Shown here: piece by piece, positions 31,992 to 46,167 of the stretch | How the letters are laid out: every line of letters starts with the position of its first letter | Numbering within the stretch: the stretch's first letter is position 1 | Assembly (NCBI RefSeq): GCF_009914755.1 | Contig: NC_060926.1 | Source: the human T2T-CHM13v2.0 reference genome, Homo sapiens | Length of the DNA: 64,000 nt | Reading direction: 5' to 3' (one strand) | Translations under genes and position numbers: made by a program | Notes under the pieces: generated by a model | Told to the model about the DNA's origin: nothing | Databases searched by the model: none | Seen by the model: only the letters and a program-made list of their open reading frames with translations

Positions 31992-33619
31992 ACCTTTCTT
32001 GAAAGGTTGCTCTTGAAAAATTCTAAAAATCAGCTCTTTCCTTTGCTACTTTTCTGCATTTTTTGAATTTCTATCCAGGCTCTAATTTTGTTCAAAACCA
32101 ATAGAAGGAATTGCAAGTCTAGCATTACATTCTGCAGATCAAAAAGGAAAATACTTCTCTTAATTGGTTACTTTTTAAACTTGATGATTGTGTTGGAAAT
32201 GTGCTTTTAAATTGTGCCCAGATCTTTAGAAATTCAGCGTTAAGTAACTATCAAACAACAAAATACTTCATAAGCAATGGTGTAGTATACTGATACTTTG
32301 CCTCGGAAAGTATAAAGCTTAAAATAGACTAGCAGGATAACAAATACCACCAATTCCTCACATTTGAAGCCCTCTTACTTTTGTTCTATCACTTTGCTCC
32401 TCACAATCATCCTGGGAAGTAGGCAGGATGGGAAAAGGTAAGAAGGTGTATAGAGACAGGAAGGGGAAGACTCATGTCTCCCACTCCTGGAAGAATGAGA
32501 AGCTAGGGCCTACCCTTGAGTTTTCTGAAGTCAAGTCCAATTATCTCTCTAATTTGCATTATTAGGCTTCTTATGTTTGACCAATGTACATAAAATACAG
32601 TCTTTAACAAGAAACACAAGATGTTTACATTTAAACTGTAGCTGAGCACCATGATGAGCTCTGGACAGACCTCTTTTGATTTACCTCAAAATCTCTAGCA
32701 CAGCCAGTGGAATTTAAGACACAGTATTTAGCTTCTTAGTACCTTCCAAAGGAATGAAGACATATATTTGCAAATTGCTTTGTAAAAGTGCTGTTTTCAC
32801 TGTCCGAGATGAAAAACCCAGTCACCTTGGCTAAATGCAGAGCAGAATGGTATCAGTACTGTGGGTCTGACAAAGTGACAGTTTTACAGATGGCTATGTG
32901 AGGATGAACAAAAATAAAACATACAAGAACCACTGCAGTCCTGCTAATTTCTAGGACATATGCATAGATACATAGACACAGTTCAATATCTTATGTCAAA
33001 TCAGAGAAATGCATACAGCAAGGAGTTTCAGGTTCATTGCTTATTTACCTCCAAAGGTGTACATTATGCAGTATGACTAAGAATAAGTGAGAGTAATATG
33101 GGATTTATTTAGTTAGTTCAATGCAAGAAAACATTTTACCTGTTGGAATTAATATCATATTTCAGTTTAAGTTTCACAAAGAAAAACTTGTTTTGCTTGA
33201 AAGACATATTTGTTGGCAGTATAAACTTAATTATTTTGACCTTTAGCTCCACATTTTTCTGTTTTGCTGCATATGTTTCTGAAGGGGATTTGAAAATCGT
33301 TTACTTTTAAAAATCCAGAAATTGGTGAACTTTCAACAGATCTGAACTCAATTTCATTGAATTTACTAATCTCATGATCCTGTCAGGTATTCTTTGTCTG
33401 TTTTGAAATCAGTAAAACAAAAGGATAATACAAATCGTGATATTATTTGGAGATCTAATGGTAATCTTCAGGAGTCTCTGGGATTTTAGTTTTGTTTTTT
33501 CCCACAGTAATTTTTTTAGGGTCTTCTTTAAGTCAGAGATGAGCTACCTTCATTATGATATACTCTTTTTAAAAAAAATTAAAGGGAAATTTATGGGCAA
33601 ATCTGAAGGGTATAAACAG

Positions 33620-36600
33620 GAACACTTGTATAATACTTGATTAAGATATAGAGCATTTCCATTACCCCCAGAAAGTTGCCTTAACCTCGTCCAAGGAATC
33701 CTAACCCATATAGGCACCTACTGTTCTGATTTCTATCACCATATATTAATTTTGCCAATTTTTGAACTTCATATAAATTGGTTTATAGTATTATTTTGAG
33801 ATTTATTGTCATTTGTATCATTAGTCTATTTTTCATTGTTGCTGGATATTCCATTGTATGACTGTACCATGATTTATTTTTTATCCATTTCTATTTTTGA
33901 TGAATATTTGGACTGTTTCTAGCATTGAGTTTTTTTAAGTAGTAGTATAATGACTACTCCTATATAAGACATTTGGTGGGCATAAATACTCATTTATCTA
34001 GGGGTAAAAGTGCTGGGTCCTAAGGGATATTAACTATCCCTTCATATTAACTTCAGTAGATGATATCCAGTAGTTTTCCAGAGTGATTGTAATAATTTAT
34101 CCTCCCACCTGTGATGTATGTATGATACCTCCAGTTGTTCCTCATTTTTGGTAACACCTTATATTTTCAATTATTTTAATTTTAGTCATTCTCATGGGGC
34201 TATATGATATTTCATTATGGTTTAATTTATAATTCTTTGATAAGTAAAGAAAATGAACATACTTGTATGTAAGTATTACCTACTTGTACATTTCCTTTTA
34301 TAAAATATCCATTCAAATTGGCCTGATTTTCTTTTTACTATTGATTTGTTGGAGTTCTATATGCAATTGGACACAAGTCCTTGGACAGATATTTGTAGTA
34401 CAAATATTTTCTCTCAGTCTATGGTTTGCATTTTCTTAGTAGTGCCTTTGGAAGATCAGAAGTTTTGAGTTTTGCTTTTTTCCACTTCATTTTTTTTTTC
34501 TTTTATGGGTAATGCTTTATGTGTCTTCTCTAAGAAATATTTACCTACCCCCGAGATTAGAGAGATCTTCTCTTGCGTTTTCCTCTAAGATCTTTATAGT
34601 TTTAGGTTTTGTCTTAAACTCCTTAATTTTGAATTAGTTTTTGTGTTAAGGTGTAGGTAGGGGACAAGTTTCCTTTTCTTCCCATACATTCACTAATTGC
34701 TGTTCCATTTCCTTTTGTGGAAAGACTTTCCTTTCCCCATGTAGTTGTTTTGGTGCCTTTGTAAAGATCACATGACATTATATATATGAGCCTGTTTCTG
34801 AAATCACTCCTCTATTTTAATGATCTATTTGCCTAGCCCTATGCCCTATGCCAATAACACAGTGCCTTGATCACTGTAGCTTTATACTAACTCACATAAG
34901 GAGGAAGTGTAAGTCCTCCAACTTCTTTAATCTTTTTCAAAATTGTTTTAGCTGCCTTAGACTCTTATATTTCTATACAGATTTTAGAATCAGCCTTTCA
35001 ACTTCTACAAATAAGCCTGTTACAATTTCTGATAAAGATTATGCTAAATTTATTAAAAATTTGTAAGAATTGACATCTTAGAAATATTGAGTCTTTCAGT
35101 CATTAACATATCTCTCCATTTATATAGGTCTTAAAATTTCTCTCAAAAATGTTTTGTGGTTTGCAGTGTGGAGGTTTCATATACATTTAATTAAAGGTTT
35201 CCCCCAAAATTTTATTATTTTATGCTGTTATAGAGCATACTGTTTTCAATTTTTATTTTCAAATTGTTTGCAGCTTGCATACAGAAACACAATTGATTCT
35301 ACAACTAATAAACTCATTTATTAATTCTAGTAAGTAGCCTTTTGTAGATCTCTTGAGGTTTTCTATGCAGATGCTCATGTTTCTGCAAATAACAGTTTTA
35401 TTTATTTTTATTCAAACTATACTTTGTTTTTTATTACCTTCCTACACTGGCTAGAACTTCAAATGCAATGTTGAATAGAAGTGGTAAGAGTACCTATAAT
35501 GATCTTAGAATAAAAATGTTCAGTATTTCATTGTGAAGTATCACATTCGCTATAGACCTTTGATCAGGTTGAGAAAGGTCTTCTACTTCTAGTTTACTAA
35601 CAGTTTTTATAATTAATGTCTGTCGAATATTGTCAAATGCATTTTGCACATCTATAGGGTTGATAATTAATATATTTTTTCCTTTATTTCCTTTAATATG
35701 GTGAATTACCTTAATTTTTTAATATTAAACTGACTCAAGTTATGATATGATATGCACTATCTTACTAAATTGCTGGATTTGATTTGCTAAAAATTTTAAA
35801 AATTAAAAAAAAATTTCTCTTTCAGTTTTATGGCAGATGTGGATGTGTAATTTTCTTTACTTGAAAAGTCTTTGTCAGGTAATGTCGAGAATTATGCTGT
35901 CAAATTTTCCTCTTCCTCTATGTCATAAAAGAATTTGTGTAAAACTGGCATTATTTCTTCCTGAAATGTTTGAGAAAATTCTCCATCTCTCAATTGAATT
36001 GAATATTGAGAATTGAAATCGGAAATAAGAATTAAAGTCATCTAAGCCTAGAGTTTTCTTCATAAGAAGAGTTAAAGTACAAATTCAACTTTTGAAACAG
36101 ATATATGAATATTCAGACTACATGATTTTTTCTTGTGTCTGTTTTGGTAATTTATATCTGTCAAAAATTTTGACAATTTCATCTAAGTTTTCAATTTTAT
36201 TGGCATAAATTGTGCATAATATTCCTCACCCTTTTGATGAATACAGGCTCTATAATGATATTCTCTCTTTCATTTATAGTTTTTTCCTCTTTTTGATCCT
36301 GCAAGTAATTTCATTACTTTTTCGGAGAGCCAACTGTTATCTTCATTAACTTTTGTTATTGTTTGTCTTTGTTCTGTTTCACTGTTTTTGGCTTTTATAT
36401 TTATTATATCCTTCCATCAACTTATTTTGATTCAATTTTCTTAATTTCTAGCTTCTTAAGGTGAAACAGATATAACTTACTTTATTACACATTTTTTTTC
36501 TAATGTAAGTATGTGAAGCTATAAAATTTCCCCTAAGCACTGCTTCAGTTGCATCCAACAATTTTCAAATATTATGTTTTCAAAATCATTCAACTTAAGA

Positions 36601-36620
36601 TATTTAAAAATTTCTTCTTA
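33620..36620 (-). mobile_element. Old L1ME/L1MD-type fragment (3' end and ORF2 remnant)
   Basis: T-rich degenerate L1 sequence (agcatttccattaccccagaaag; aatgttgaatagaagtggtaagag; ccctaagcactgcttcagttgcatcc). Confidence 0.75.
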
Positions 36621-36915
36621 ACCTGAAAAATCTTTGTATCTCTTTATTTTTCTGTTTTTGCATCTCTAATGTCACAGGGCTATACAGAAAGATCTCTGGT
36701 TGATTGATTGAGTATATCATTATAATTTTTAATTGACCATAATAAGCAGTTGACCTTTAGAATTTGGTAGGTTTTTACATTTAGTGTATTTTTTTAGCAC
36801 AAAGTAAATTATTAAAATATTTTTCAATACTATTTTTAGGACCAAAATATTTGAATTTAGTAAGATGCTACTCAGTAACTTTCTCTAGGAATATAAATTG
36901 CAATATAAAAATGAA

Positions 36916-37153
36916 ACCACACATTATGTCCATCAACAATGGGAGACAGAAACGTGAGTCATCCAAACATAGTAATATATTTGGTGTTTATATCTTCAGA
37001 ACAGGTATAAAATTAATGAACAAACTTTCAAAATACCACACATTATGTCCATCAACAATGGGAGACAGAAACGTGAGTCATCCAAACATAGTAATATATT
37101 TGGTGTTTATATCTTCAGAACAGGTATAAAATTAATGAACAAACTTTCAAAAT
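36916..37153. repeat. Perfect 119-bp tandem duplication
   Basis: 36916-37034 is identical to 37035-37153. Confidence 0.97.
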
Positions 37154-37220
37154 AAAGAACAATACTGAGAAATGAAATAATCTGAAAATACAGAAATAAA
37201 AGAACTTCTCTAAGTGGGAC

Positions 37221-37972
37221 TGTGATATAATAAAACAAAATTATCTGATATTCATTCCCAGTTCCTAGCAGAGCTTCAAAAACCTGTGGAATTTCATGAG
37301 TGATAGGAGACTCTATGCTAATGAGGCAACTCTGGGCCTATCCCCTAGATAGTTTCAGCATAGGGCCTGGTCACCAGAAACCAACCACATGATTAGAAAG
37401 TTGGAACTTTAAGCCAGCCAGGGGATATCTGGGAAGGAAGTGAGGCTGGAGACTGAGTTCAATCGCGTGTCCAATGGTTTAATCAACCATGCCTATGTAA
37501 TGAAACCTTGATAAATACTCTGGACAGGAAAGCTCAGTAGAGCTTCCTGGATGGTGAAAACATTGACAAGGCAGGATGGTGGTACTCGCTAACTCCACTG
37601 GAAATAGCAAGGAAGCTCTGCATCCAAGACCCTCCCAGACCTTTCCTTATGGGCCTTTTCATTTGGCTCTGCCTGGATTGTATTCTTTATAATAAAATTG
37701 TAATTGTAAGGATAGCACTTTTGAAGTTTTGTGAGTCATTCTAGCAAGTTATCAAACCTAGAGAGGGTTGTGGGAACCACTGAACTTGTAACTGGCTGGT
37801 CAGAAGTGCTGGTGTCCCACAGCCCCATTTGCAGCTGGCATCTGAAGTAGAGCCAATCTTGTGGAAGACTGAGCCCTTAATTTGTGCAATTTGATGCTAA
37901 CTCTGAGTGGTTAGCATCACATTTGTATTGTAGCACTCCAGCTTGGATTGTGGGGGTTGCAAAACAGGGACA
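37221..37972 (+). mobile_element. MER21-family solo LTR
   Basis: tgtgatataat start, cctggtcaccagaaa...atgattagaaagttggaacttt core, AATAAA at about 37691. Confidence 0.75.
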
Positions 37973-38510
37973 TGTATAAAGAAAAGATGTGTACTTGTGG
38001 CAGAGAACGCCAGTCACAATCCTTATCCGGGCTTGTTTCTGACGTAACATTAGATTTTTGTTGTTGTTGTTGTTGCCTATTTCAGTTAGGCATGTGTCCA
38101 CCCAGCTAAAGCAATATTTCTTGGCCTCCATTAAAATTCTGGCCAACAAGATTTATGCAGAACTGTTATATATCCTTATCTACTCTTTCTATTATGAAAG
38201 CTATTTGCTGTCTCTGCTGTGGCACTTACGTCTTAACAGCAGATAACAATTCTTAGCTGCTTTTATTTTTCTTTCCTGACAGTAGCATCTCAGATCCAAA
38301 ATTTGAATCTCTTTAAAACATGTATCACACTACATAGACTTAATACACCTTTCTGATAGACTAATAAATTTTGCTGAAACCCCCAAGAATGTGTAGGTGG
38401 CCAGTTGATAATAGTAAGTCACAAGCCCTGGATTCCATACAGAAAAGGTGTACGCTAATATGCACAGTCACTATTTCCAAAAACATTTGCACAGAGTGTG
38501 AAAGAGGCAC

Positions 38511-38631
38511 CTGCAGGAAAAACTCCTCCATTAGGGCCATGGTCCACCGATAATGCAGCTTCCAGGATTTGGCTGGGTGGCTGATGTCTGCTGCGTGGAG
38601 AATCAGGGACATGGTTTTGGCTCTGTCAATC
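38511..38631 (-). CDS. PDE1A: PDE1A coding exon (121 nt), IDRAKTMSLILHAADISHPAK...EEFFLQ
   Basis: gtttgacag| acceptor, CAG|gtgcct donor. Contains the metal-binding ADIS Asp and EFF-Q motifs. Confidence 0.97.
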
Positions 38632-38761
38632 CTGTCAAACCAAGGACATGCTTATATTATTCAAAACAAAGGAAACAATTACAGTCTTTTCTGAGGCCAA
38701 GCCCCTGGAACTTTAACATGACAAAAAAAAAAAAAAACAACAAAAAAAACACAAAACCTAC

Positions 38762-38863
38762 CCTTCAGGCTGCTGCAAACTGTTTCTTATATTTTTAATT
38801 TGCTGGAAGTGACCTGACATGTCTGTAGATAAAACCATTTCAATCACTAGGTTCCGAAGATCC
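38762..38863 (-). CDS. PDE1A: PDE1A coding exon (102 nt), DLRNLVIEMVLSTDMSGHFQQIKNIRNSLQQPE
   Basis: tctgcag| acceptor, AGG|gtaggt donor, conserved L-TDM motif, symmetric phase 2/2. Confidence 0.96.
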
Positions 38864-40107
38864 CTGCAGAGTCACCAAAAGGAGAAAGGTTCATTCAGCC
38901 ATTTATTGTTCTGAAGTGGAACACTTCAATAAATAATCACTCACCATGTTTTATAGTTCTTAATGGATATGAACACAAAAGATGCTACTTTTTAAATGTG
39001 AAAGTCCACACACAAGTTTGATATTATTTTACCTTTTAACTGTCATGGATCTAAGAAGTTGCCAGCAGCGAGAATGGCAACGATGTTCACACCTCCCTGA
39101 AGAGCTAGTGCTTTCCCTTCTCACTCCCACAACTCTTCTGCAGTCATAATTCCTAAATATTATTATTTTTAATCTGAAAGGAACTTTAGCCATTTTAAAG
39201 AAAAACTATTCCAAATACAGTATTATATAGTATTTCAATGCTTTGAGGAAAAAAAGTAGTCCAGTGGGGCCTGAGACTATTCTAAATCCACATGTCAACC
39301 AAACTAAAAGGTTTGATGTCTCAGAGAAGAGACAGAGATAAGAAGAGCATGAGATTTCAAGACCCTATCTGATTCTTCTTCATTTTGCATTTTTAATCAA
39401 AACTACTACTATTAATAAAACCAGTGCTATTCATTCAGTATTTATTCAGCAAGGCACTGAACTGTAAGGATTAAATGTCTTCATATAATACCGATAATAA
39501 AATACTTTAGCAACTAGTTGCTTTGTATGTATACAAAGACATTTAATCCTCCTAACAATCCTGAGGGAGCATTAATATTTCCCCCCAAAGGAGACTGAGT
39601 CACCCAGTCACACAGCTGGTACATGGCTCAGATAAGATTCAACGCAAGAGGTCCCACTTCCAAAGCAGACACATGGACCACTCCTCTGTGCCAAGCTTCC
39701 ATCATAAGAACCCCAGAGAAACCAAGATGCTAAAGTGAGTAGTGATTTTCTGTTTAAGCTTTTGGGATCTGACCCTCCCTAACATAAAGAGAGCCATTGG
39801 TATTACTGACTATTTTAACCAAGGCACTGTAAATACAATAACCATGTCACAAAGCCTCACACTTAGTAGAAAATAAGGCACCCCAGCAAAGCCTTGCATG
39901 TTCCACAATTCCTTGTTTGCTCTATACAGATAAGTTAAAAAAGTCACTTGTACTGGAAAACATATTTCATTTTCATTGTGTGGTGTGGCCAGTAGGATAA
40001 GCTGAACCAAAAGTGTGAAGGAAACTTGAATTACGATCTTGCACAAAGATACTTTACTTAAAGATGATATAATCTATTTAATTGCCTTTTTAAAAAAACT
40101 ATATATT

Positions 40108-40413
40108 GGCTGGGCATGGTGGCTCACGCCTGTAATCCCAGCACTTTGGGAGGCCGAGGCGGGTGGATCACGAGGTCAGGAGATCGAGACCATCCTGGCT
40201 AACACGGTGAAACCCCGTCTCTACTAAAAATACAAAAAAAAAAATTAGCCAGCCCTGGTGGCGGGCACCTGTAGTCCCAGCTACTCGGGAGGCTGAGGCA
40301 GGAGAATGTCATGAACTCAGGAGACAGAGCTTGCAGTGAGCCGAGATTGCACCACTGCACTCCAGCCTGGGCTACAGAGCAAGACTCCGTCTGAAAAAAA
40401 AACAAAACAAAAC
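40108..40413 (+). mobile_element. AluY-like element
   Basis: AluY-diagnostic gagatcgagaccatcctggctaacacgg and gcttgcagtgagc. TSD aaaacta(t/c)atatt on both sides. Confidence 0.94.
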
Positions 40414-41465
40414 AAAACTACATATTGATGGTTCTTGCTGAAAATCATGAGCACTCAACATTTCTATTGAATTTTTAGATAGAAGCCATGAGAATCAATA
40501 CTCTGCTTACTTACTTTTATTCAAGTAGTAAGGGAAAGGAAGCTATTAATAAAATTATTCTCAATTACATTTTTTTCGCTGAAAATATGACAAGACCCAT
40601 ATTTGAAAAGCAACTGAATAAGAACATTTATGTTTGCTAAGGAAAATGAGATTAGAGTTTAAGGAAATCAATAGAATCTAATAAGTATATTGTGCTTTGC
40701 ATATAAATGATCAGTAAATGCTAGATGTTATCAATAACCAACTAATAATATGTCAATAATTAGGCAAAATAAGAAAACATTACTTAATTTATAAAATTTT
40801 CTTGTGAAAACTTTTAAATTAATGCATTTATTTTTACTAAAAGTACTTTAAGAAATAAACAGATATGTAAACAGAAAACATCAGTCTTTAAGAAGATATC
40901 CATATTTTAATTCTTAGTAAAATGTTATCAAACGTATAGCATCAAATAGGTATTTTATAGATTTTTGGAAAGTGTTGAATCTATTAAATTCTAAAATGTA
41001 TATAATATGTACACTATTTGTTAAAACAATTCTTTAAAAACATTCAATTAAAATGACTCTGAAGTTACCAAACAGAAACTTAGACAATTACAGCAATAAA
41101 CTATTAGAATAAAATATTTAAAATGGTAAATAACAAAATATAATAGGAAATAAAATCACACTGAAATAGCAACAAAGTGAACTTTGAGGAAAAAATGTTT
41201 ATTTCTTTGAATAACAACAGAAATTAATATTATAAAAATTATCTATGGGAATGGTAATCACTGATTAAGAAAATAAACTAATACCCTAGATGTAAATAAT
41301 CTCTCTTAGGCTTTAGGAAATATCTCAGAACTTGTCTGCTTGTTCCTACCTTTGCCCATCTAATCGCTACATAGCCCAACAGTGGTCTCTTTAAAATTAT
41401 TTCACAGTTAGATCCTGGCATTTCTAGACTGTAAATCCTCTTGGGCTACTATTTCCTGCAGAATA

Positions 41466-41897
41466 CAGTTAACCCTTGAACAACATAAGTTTGAACTGTG
41501 TGGGACCACTCGTACACATATTTTTTCCCCTCTGTCACACCTGAGAAGCAAAACCAATCCCTCCTCTTCCATTCTCCTCCTCAGCCCACTCCACATAAAG
41601 ACAGAGGATGAAGGCCTTTTTGATGACCCACTTCCACTTAATAAACAGTAAATATATTTTCTATTCTTTATGATTTTCTTAATAACATTTTCTTCTCTCT
41701 AGTTACTTTATTGTAGTAATATTGTATGTAATACAAATAACATACAAATTATGTATTTATCAACTTTTATATTATTGGTAAGGCTTCCTATCCAGAGTGG
41801 GCTATCAGTAGTTAAGTTTTTGAAGTGTCAAAAGGTATACATGGGTTTTCAGTTGAATGGGGGTGCCCCAACCCCTGTATTGTTCAAGGGTCAACTG
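41466..41897 (+). mobile_element. Tigger2a (MER28)-like non-autonomous TcMar DNA transposon
   Basis: TIRs cagttaacccttgaacaa / ttgttcaagggtcaactg flanked by TA on both sides. Confidence 0.88.
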
Positions 41898-43020
41898 TAA
41901 AATGAAAGGCCTGAACTGTGTCTCCAAAAGAAAGTTCCACCTTCCCTCTACCTGACAGCATTTTCTAGAGTTGCAAAAATGAGCCCATATCTCTAGATAT
42001 GGCCTTGAAGAACCAGGAAACTTTGAAAATTTGAAAAAGTGTTCACAGGAGATTTAGGCTTATTTTAAACTCTGATTTTTATCTTTTACGTTTTTTAATG
42101 TTTTTATTGTCACTTTCCTTTTGGATATTTCTTTTTACCTTGATTTAAAAAAACAAAAATGAAAGCAAAAACCTTTGATATTTACATTCAATTGGAAACC
42201 TTTTCTAGTCAATTAAATGACTTTTAATAAGATTGTTGTTAAAGATAAATACAGGCCTTTTTCTGTTCTTACTATAAGAGAGTCCCATAGAATATTAGGG
42301 ACATATACTAAGAAGATTCTATGATTAATGAAGTTCATATTTAATTGATTGTCCTTTACTTTTATTTGTGAAGTCCAGCAACCCTATTGTCAATTGAAGG
42401 AGATGATAATGACCAAAGGATCAAGAAAAAGAGAAGAAAGGTTATAAGAGGGATGGGGGTACATCTTGTTATTTTTCCCTACATAGCAACAAGTATCAAT
42501 ATACCATGTAATTTTTTTCAAGCAAACAGATGCTTTGGAGAAACATGTAAGATTTCCTCTGCACTTGGGTCATTTTAGTATATTGGAATTTTTTTCCCAC
42601 GTTTAACTTTTTGTTTTTAAAAAAACCTTAACTCCACATCTTTTAAAAAAAATATATGAAAGAATGAATATAATGCCAAAATTTTGAATTTATGTAACAC
42701 CCCATATTGATAAAAATTGAGCAGAGCTCCATTCCAGAGAGTGTGTAATTATGTATATAAAATTATTTGTTGTGTTGTGTGTGGTCTTATTCAGACATAT
42801 GGATGTTGAGTTGACCTGGAAATACTTCAGGTCCCTTTAACACAGTCTGGCTCTGAACAAAGTCCCTAAGTACTAATCCTTCTCAGAGTCATCCAGTCGA
42901 CAGTAATTAAGTTTGTAATTTGGGGAATGCATCGACTTTCATCTTTTTTCTTGACTTTAAATCGCATAATTTATTCCTTTCCTGAAATTAAATTTCCTCT
43001 AGGTTTTCTCTGAAACTCAC

Positions 43021-43146
43021 CTCCAGTCATCTTTGGATAAATTTATCAAGATATTCATTTCTTCTTCTTGCATAAGTCGATAAGCTGCACTCACGTGGTG
43101 ATTCTCAAGGACAGAGCGATCATTATACAAAATGGCAACATCTGAC
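43021..43146 (-). CDS. PDE1A: PDE1A coding exon (126 nt), SDVAILYNDRSVLENHHVSAAY...SKDDW
   Basis: ttcttag| acceptor, GAG|gtgagt donor, conserved YND-SVLENHH motif, symmetric phase 2/2. Confidence 0.97.
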
Positions 43147-45253
43147 CTAAGAATTAAAAACAAAATGCCCAACAGAGGATTTCTTTAGACATCATGAATG
43201 TCTAATAAGACTTACTCAAGTATCAAGTCATGTGACCAGAAAACATCCTATAATTGAACAGTGAGAATTATGGAAGTACTTAGTTTCTTTTATTTTTTAC
43301 TGTATGATATTTTAAAATTTTATATAAACTCTATTAGAGAAGTTTTAGGCTCACAGCAAAATGGAAGTTGGTACAAAATTTCCCATGTACTTTCTTCTAC
43401 CACACATGCGTAACCTCCCCCATTGTCAACATCCCCAACAAGAGTGGTATTTTTGTTACAATTGATGAACCTACATAGACACATCATTATCATCCAATGT
43501 CCACAGTTTACATTAGGCTTCACTCTTGGTGTTGTACATTCTATGCGTTTAGACAAGTGAATAATGACATGTATCTACTATTACAGTACCATACAGAGTA
43601 GTTTCTCTGCTCCAAATCCCTCTGTGCTCCACCTCTTCATCCCTTTCTCTCCCCTAACCCTGGCAACCACTGATTTTTTTCACTGTCTCCATAGTTTTGC
43701 CTTCTTCAAAATGTTATGTAGATGGAATCATACAGTATGTTGCTGATATGGTTTGGCTCTGTGTCCCTACCCAAATCTTATGTTGAATTGTAATCTCCAG
43801 TGTTAGGGGAGGGACCTGGTGGGAGGTGATTGGATCTTGGGGGCAGACTTCCCCCATGCTGTTCTTGTGATAGTGAGTTAGTTCTCATGAGATCTGGTGG
43901 TTTAAAAGCCTGTAGCACTTTCTTCTTCGCACTCTCTCCTGCCACCATGTGAAGATGTGCTTACTTCCTCTTCACCCTACCATCATGATTGTAAGTTTCC
44001 TGAGGACTCCCAGCCATGCCTCCTGGATGGCCTGTGGAACTGTGAGTTAATCAAACCTCTTTTCTTGATATGTTACTGAGTCTCAGGTAGTTCTTTATAG
44101 CAGTATGAGAATGGACTAATACAGAAAATTGGTACTGAGCGTGGGGTATTGCTATAAAGATACCTAAAAATGTGGAAGCAACTTTGGAACTGGGTAATGG
44201 GCAGAGGTTGAAACAGTTTGGAGGGCTCAGAAAAAGAGGAAGATATGGGAAAGTCTGGAACTTCATACAGACTTGTTGAATGGCTGTGACCAAAATACTG
44301 ATAGTGATACAGACAGTGAAGACTAGGTTGAGGACGTCTTAGGTAGAGATAAGGAGGTCTTAGGTAGAGACGAGGAACTTATTTGGGACTCTGAGTATTT
44401 GAGTACTTATTTGAGTAAAAGTCACTCTGGCTATGCTTTAGCAAAAAGACTGATGGCATTGTGCCCCTGCTCTAGAAATCTGTGGAATTTTGAACTTGAG
44501 AGAGATGATTTAGGGTATCCGGTGAAAGCAATGTCTAAGCAGCAAAGTGTTCAAGATGTGGTTTGGCTGTTTCTAAAAGCCTATGCTCATTTGCATAAAG
44601 AAAGAAATGGCCTGAAACTGGAACTTATATTTAAAAGAGAAGCAGAGCATAAAAGTTTAAAATAGTTGCAGCCTGACCATGAGGTAGAAAAGAAAAACCC
44701 ATTTTCTGGGGAGGAATTCAAGGCTGCAAAAATTTGCATACGTAAAGAGAAACCTAATGTTAATAGCCCAGACAATGGGGAAAATGTCTCCAGGGCATTT
44801 CAGAGACCTTCATGGCAGCCCCTCCTATCACAAGCCTGAAGGCCTAGCAGGGAAAAATGGATTCATGGGCCAGGCCTATGGCCTCCACTGCTCTGTGCAC
44901 GCATCCTGGACATTGTGCCCTGCATCCCAGCTGCTCTAGCTCCAGTCGTGGCTGAAAGAGGACAAGGTACAGCTCAGGCCATTGCTTCAGAGGGTGAAAG
45001 CCCCAAGCCTTGGTGGCTTCTACATGGTATTAGGCCTGTAGGTATGCAGACAGTAGTAATTGAGGCTTGGGAGCCTTTGCCTAGATTTCGGAGGATGTAT
45101 GGAAATGCCTGAATATCCAGGAAGAAGTCTGCTGCAGGGGCAGAGGCCTCATGGAGAACCTCTAGTAGGGCAGTGTGGAGGGGAAATGTGGGGTTAGAGT
45201 CCCCATAGTCCTCACTGGGGCACTGCCTAGTGGGGCTGTGAGAAGAGGGCTAC

Positions 45254-45625
45254 TGTATTAGTCCATTTTCACAATGTCATAAAGATAGTACCTGAGGCTG
45301 GGTAATTTATAAAGGAAAGAGGTTTAATTGACTTACAGTTCTGCATGGCTGGTGGGGGCAGGGGCCTCAGGAAACTTACAATCATGATGGAAGGCAAAGG
45401 GGGAAGCAAGGCACATCTTAAATGGCAGCAGGAGAGAGAGAGTGCAGGGGGGATGCTGCCACTTTTAAACCATCAGATCTCATGAGAATTCCCTCACTAT
45501 TATGAGAACAGCATGGGAGAAGCTGTCCCTATGATCCAGTTACCTCCCAACAGGTCCCTCCCTCAAAACATGGGGATTACAATCTGAGATGAGATTTGGT
45601 GGGGACATGGAGCCAAACCATATCA
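45254..45625 (-). mobile_element. THE1/MST-family solo LTR nested in the MaLR internal region
   Basis: tgtattagtcc...ccaaaccatatca. 5-bp TSD gctac/gccac. Confidence 0.88.
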
Positions 45626-46167
45626 GCCACTGTCTTTCAGACTCCAGAATGGTAAATCTACCGACAGCTTGCACTGTGCACATGGAAAAGCCACAGGCAC
45701 TGGACGCCAGCCAGTGAAAGCAGCCATGGGGGCTGTACCCTGCAGAGCAACAGAGGTGGAGTGCCCAAGGCCGTAGGAGCACACCCCCTGCATCAGCATA
45801 CCCTGAATATGAGACATGGAGTCAAAAAGATTATTTGGGGGCTTTAAGATTAAATAACTGCCCTGCTGGGGTTCAGACTTGCATGGGGCCTACAGTCCCT
45901 TTGTTTGGGCCAATTTCTCCCTTTCGGAATAGGAGCATTTACCCAATGCCTGTAACCCCATTATATCTCGGAAGTAACTAACTTGTTTTTCATTTTACAA
46001 GCTCATAGGTGGAAGGGACTTGCCTTGTCTCACATGAGGCTTTGGAGTTGGACTTTTGAGTTAATGCTGGAGTGAGTTAAGACTTTTGGGGACTGTTGGG
46101 AAGGCATGATTGGTTTTTTGAAATATGAGAAGGACATGTGATTCAGGAGGGGCCAGAAGTGGAATAA

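Noticed and set aside
36916-37153. CRISPR-like or VNTR array
   Set aside because: There are only two adjacent identical copies with no spacers, in eukaryotic DNA. Reported as a tandem duplication instead.
41985-42002. Short palindrome ccatatct-ct-agatatgg
   Set aside because: An 8-bp stem is expected by chance in 64 kb of AT-rich sequence.
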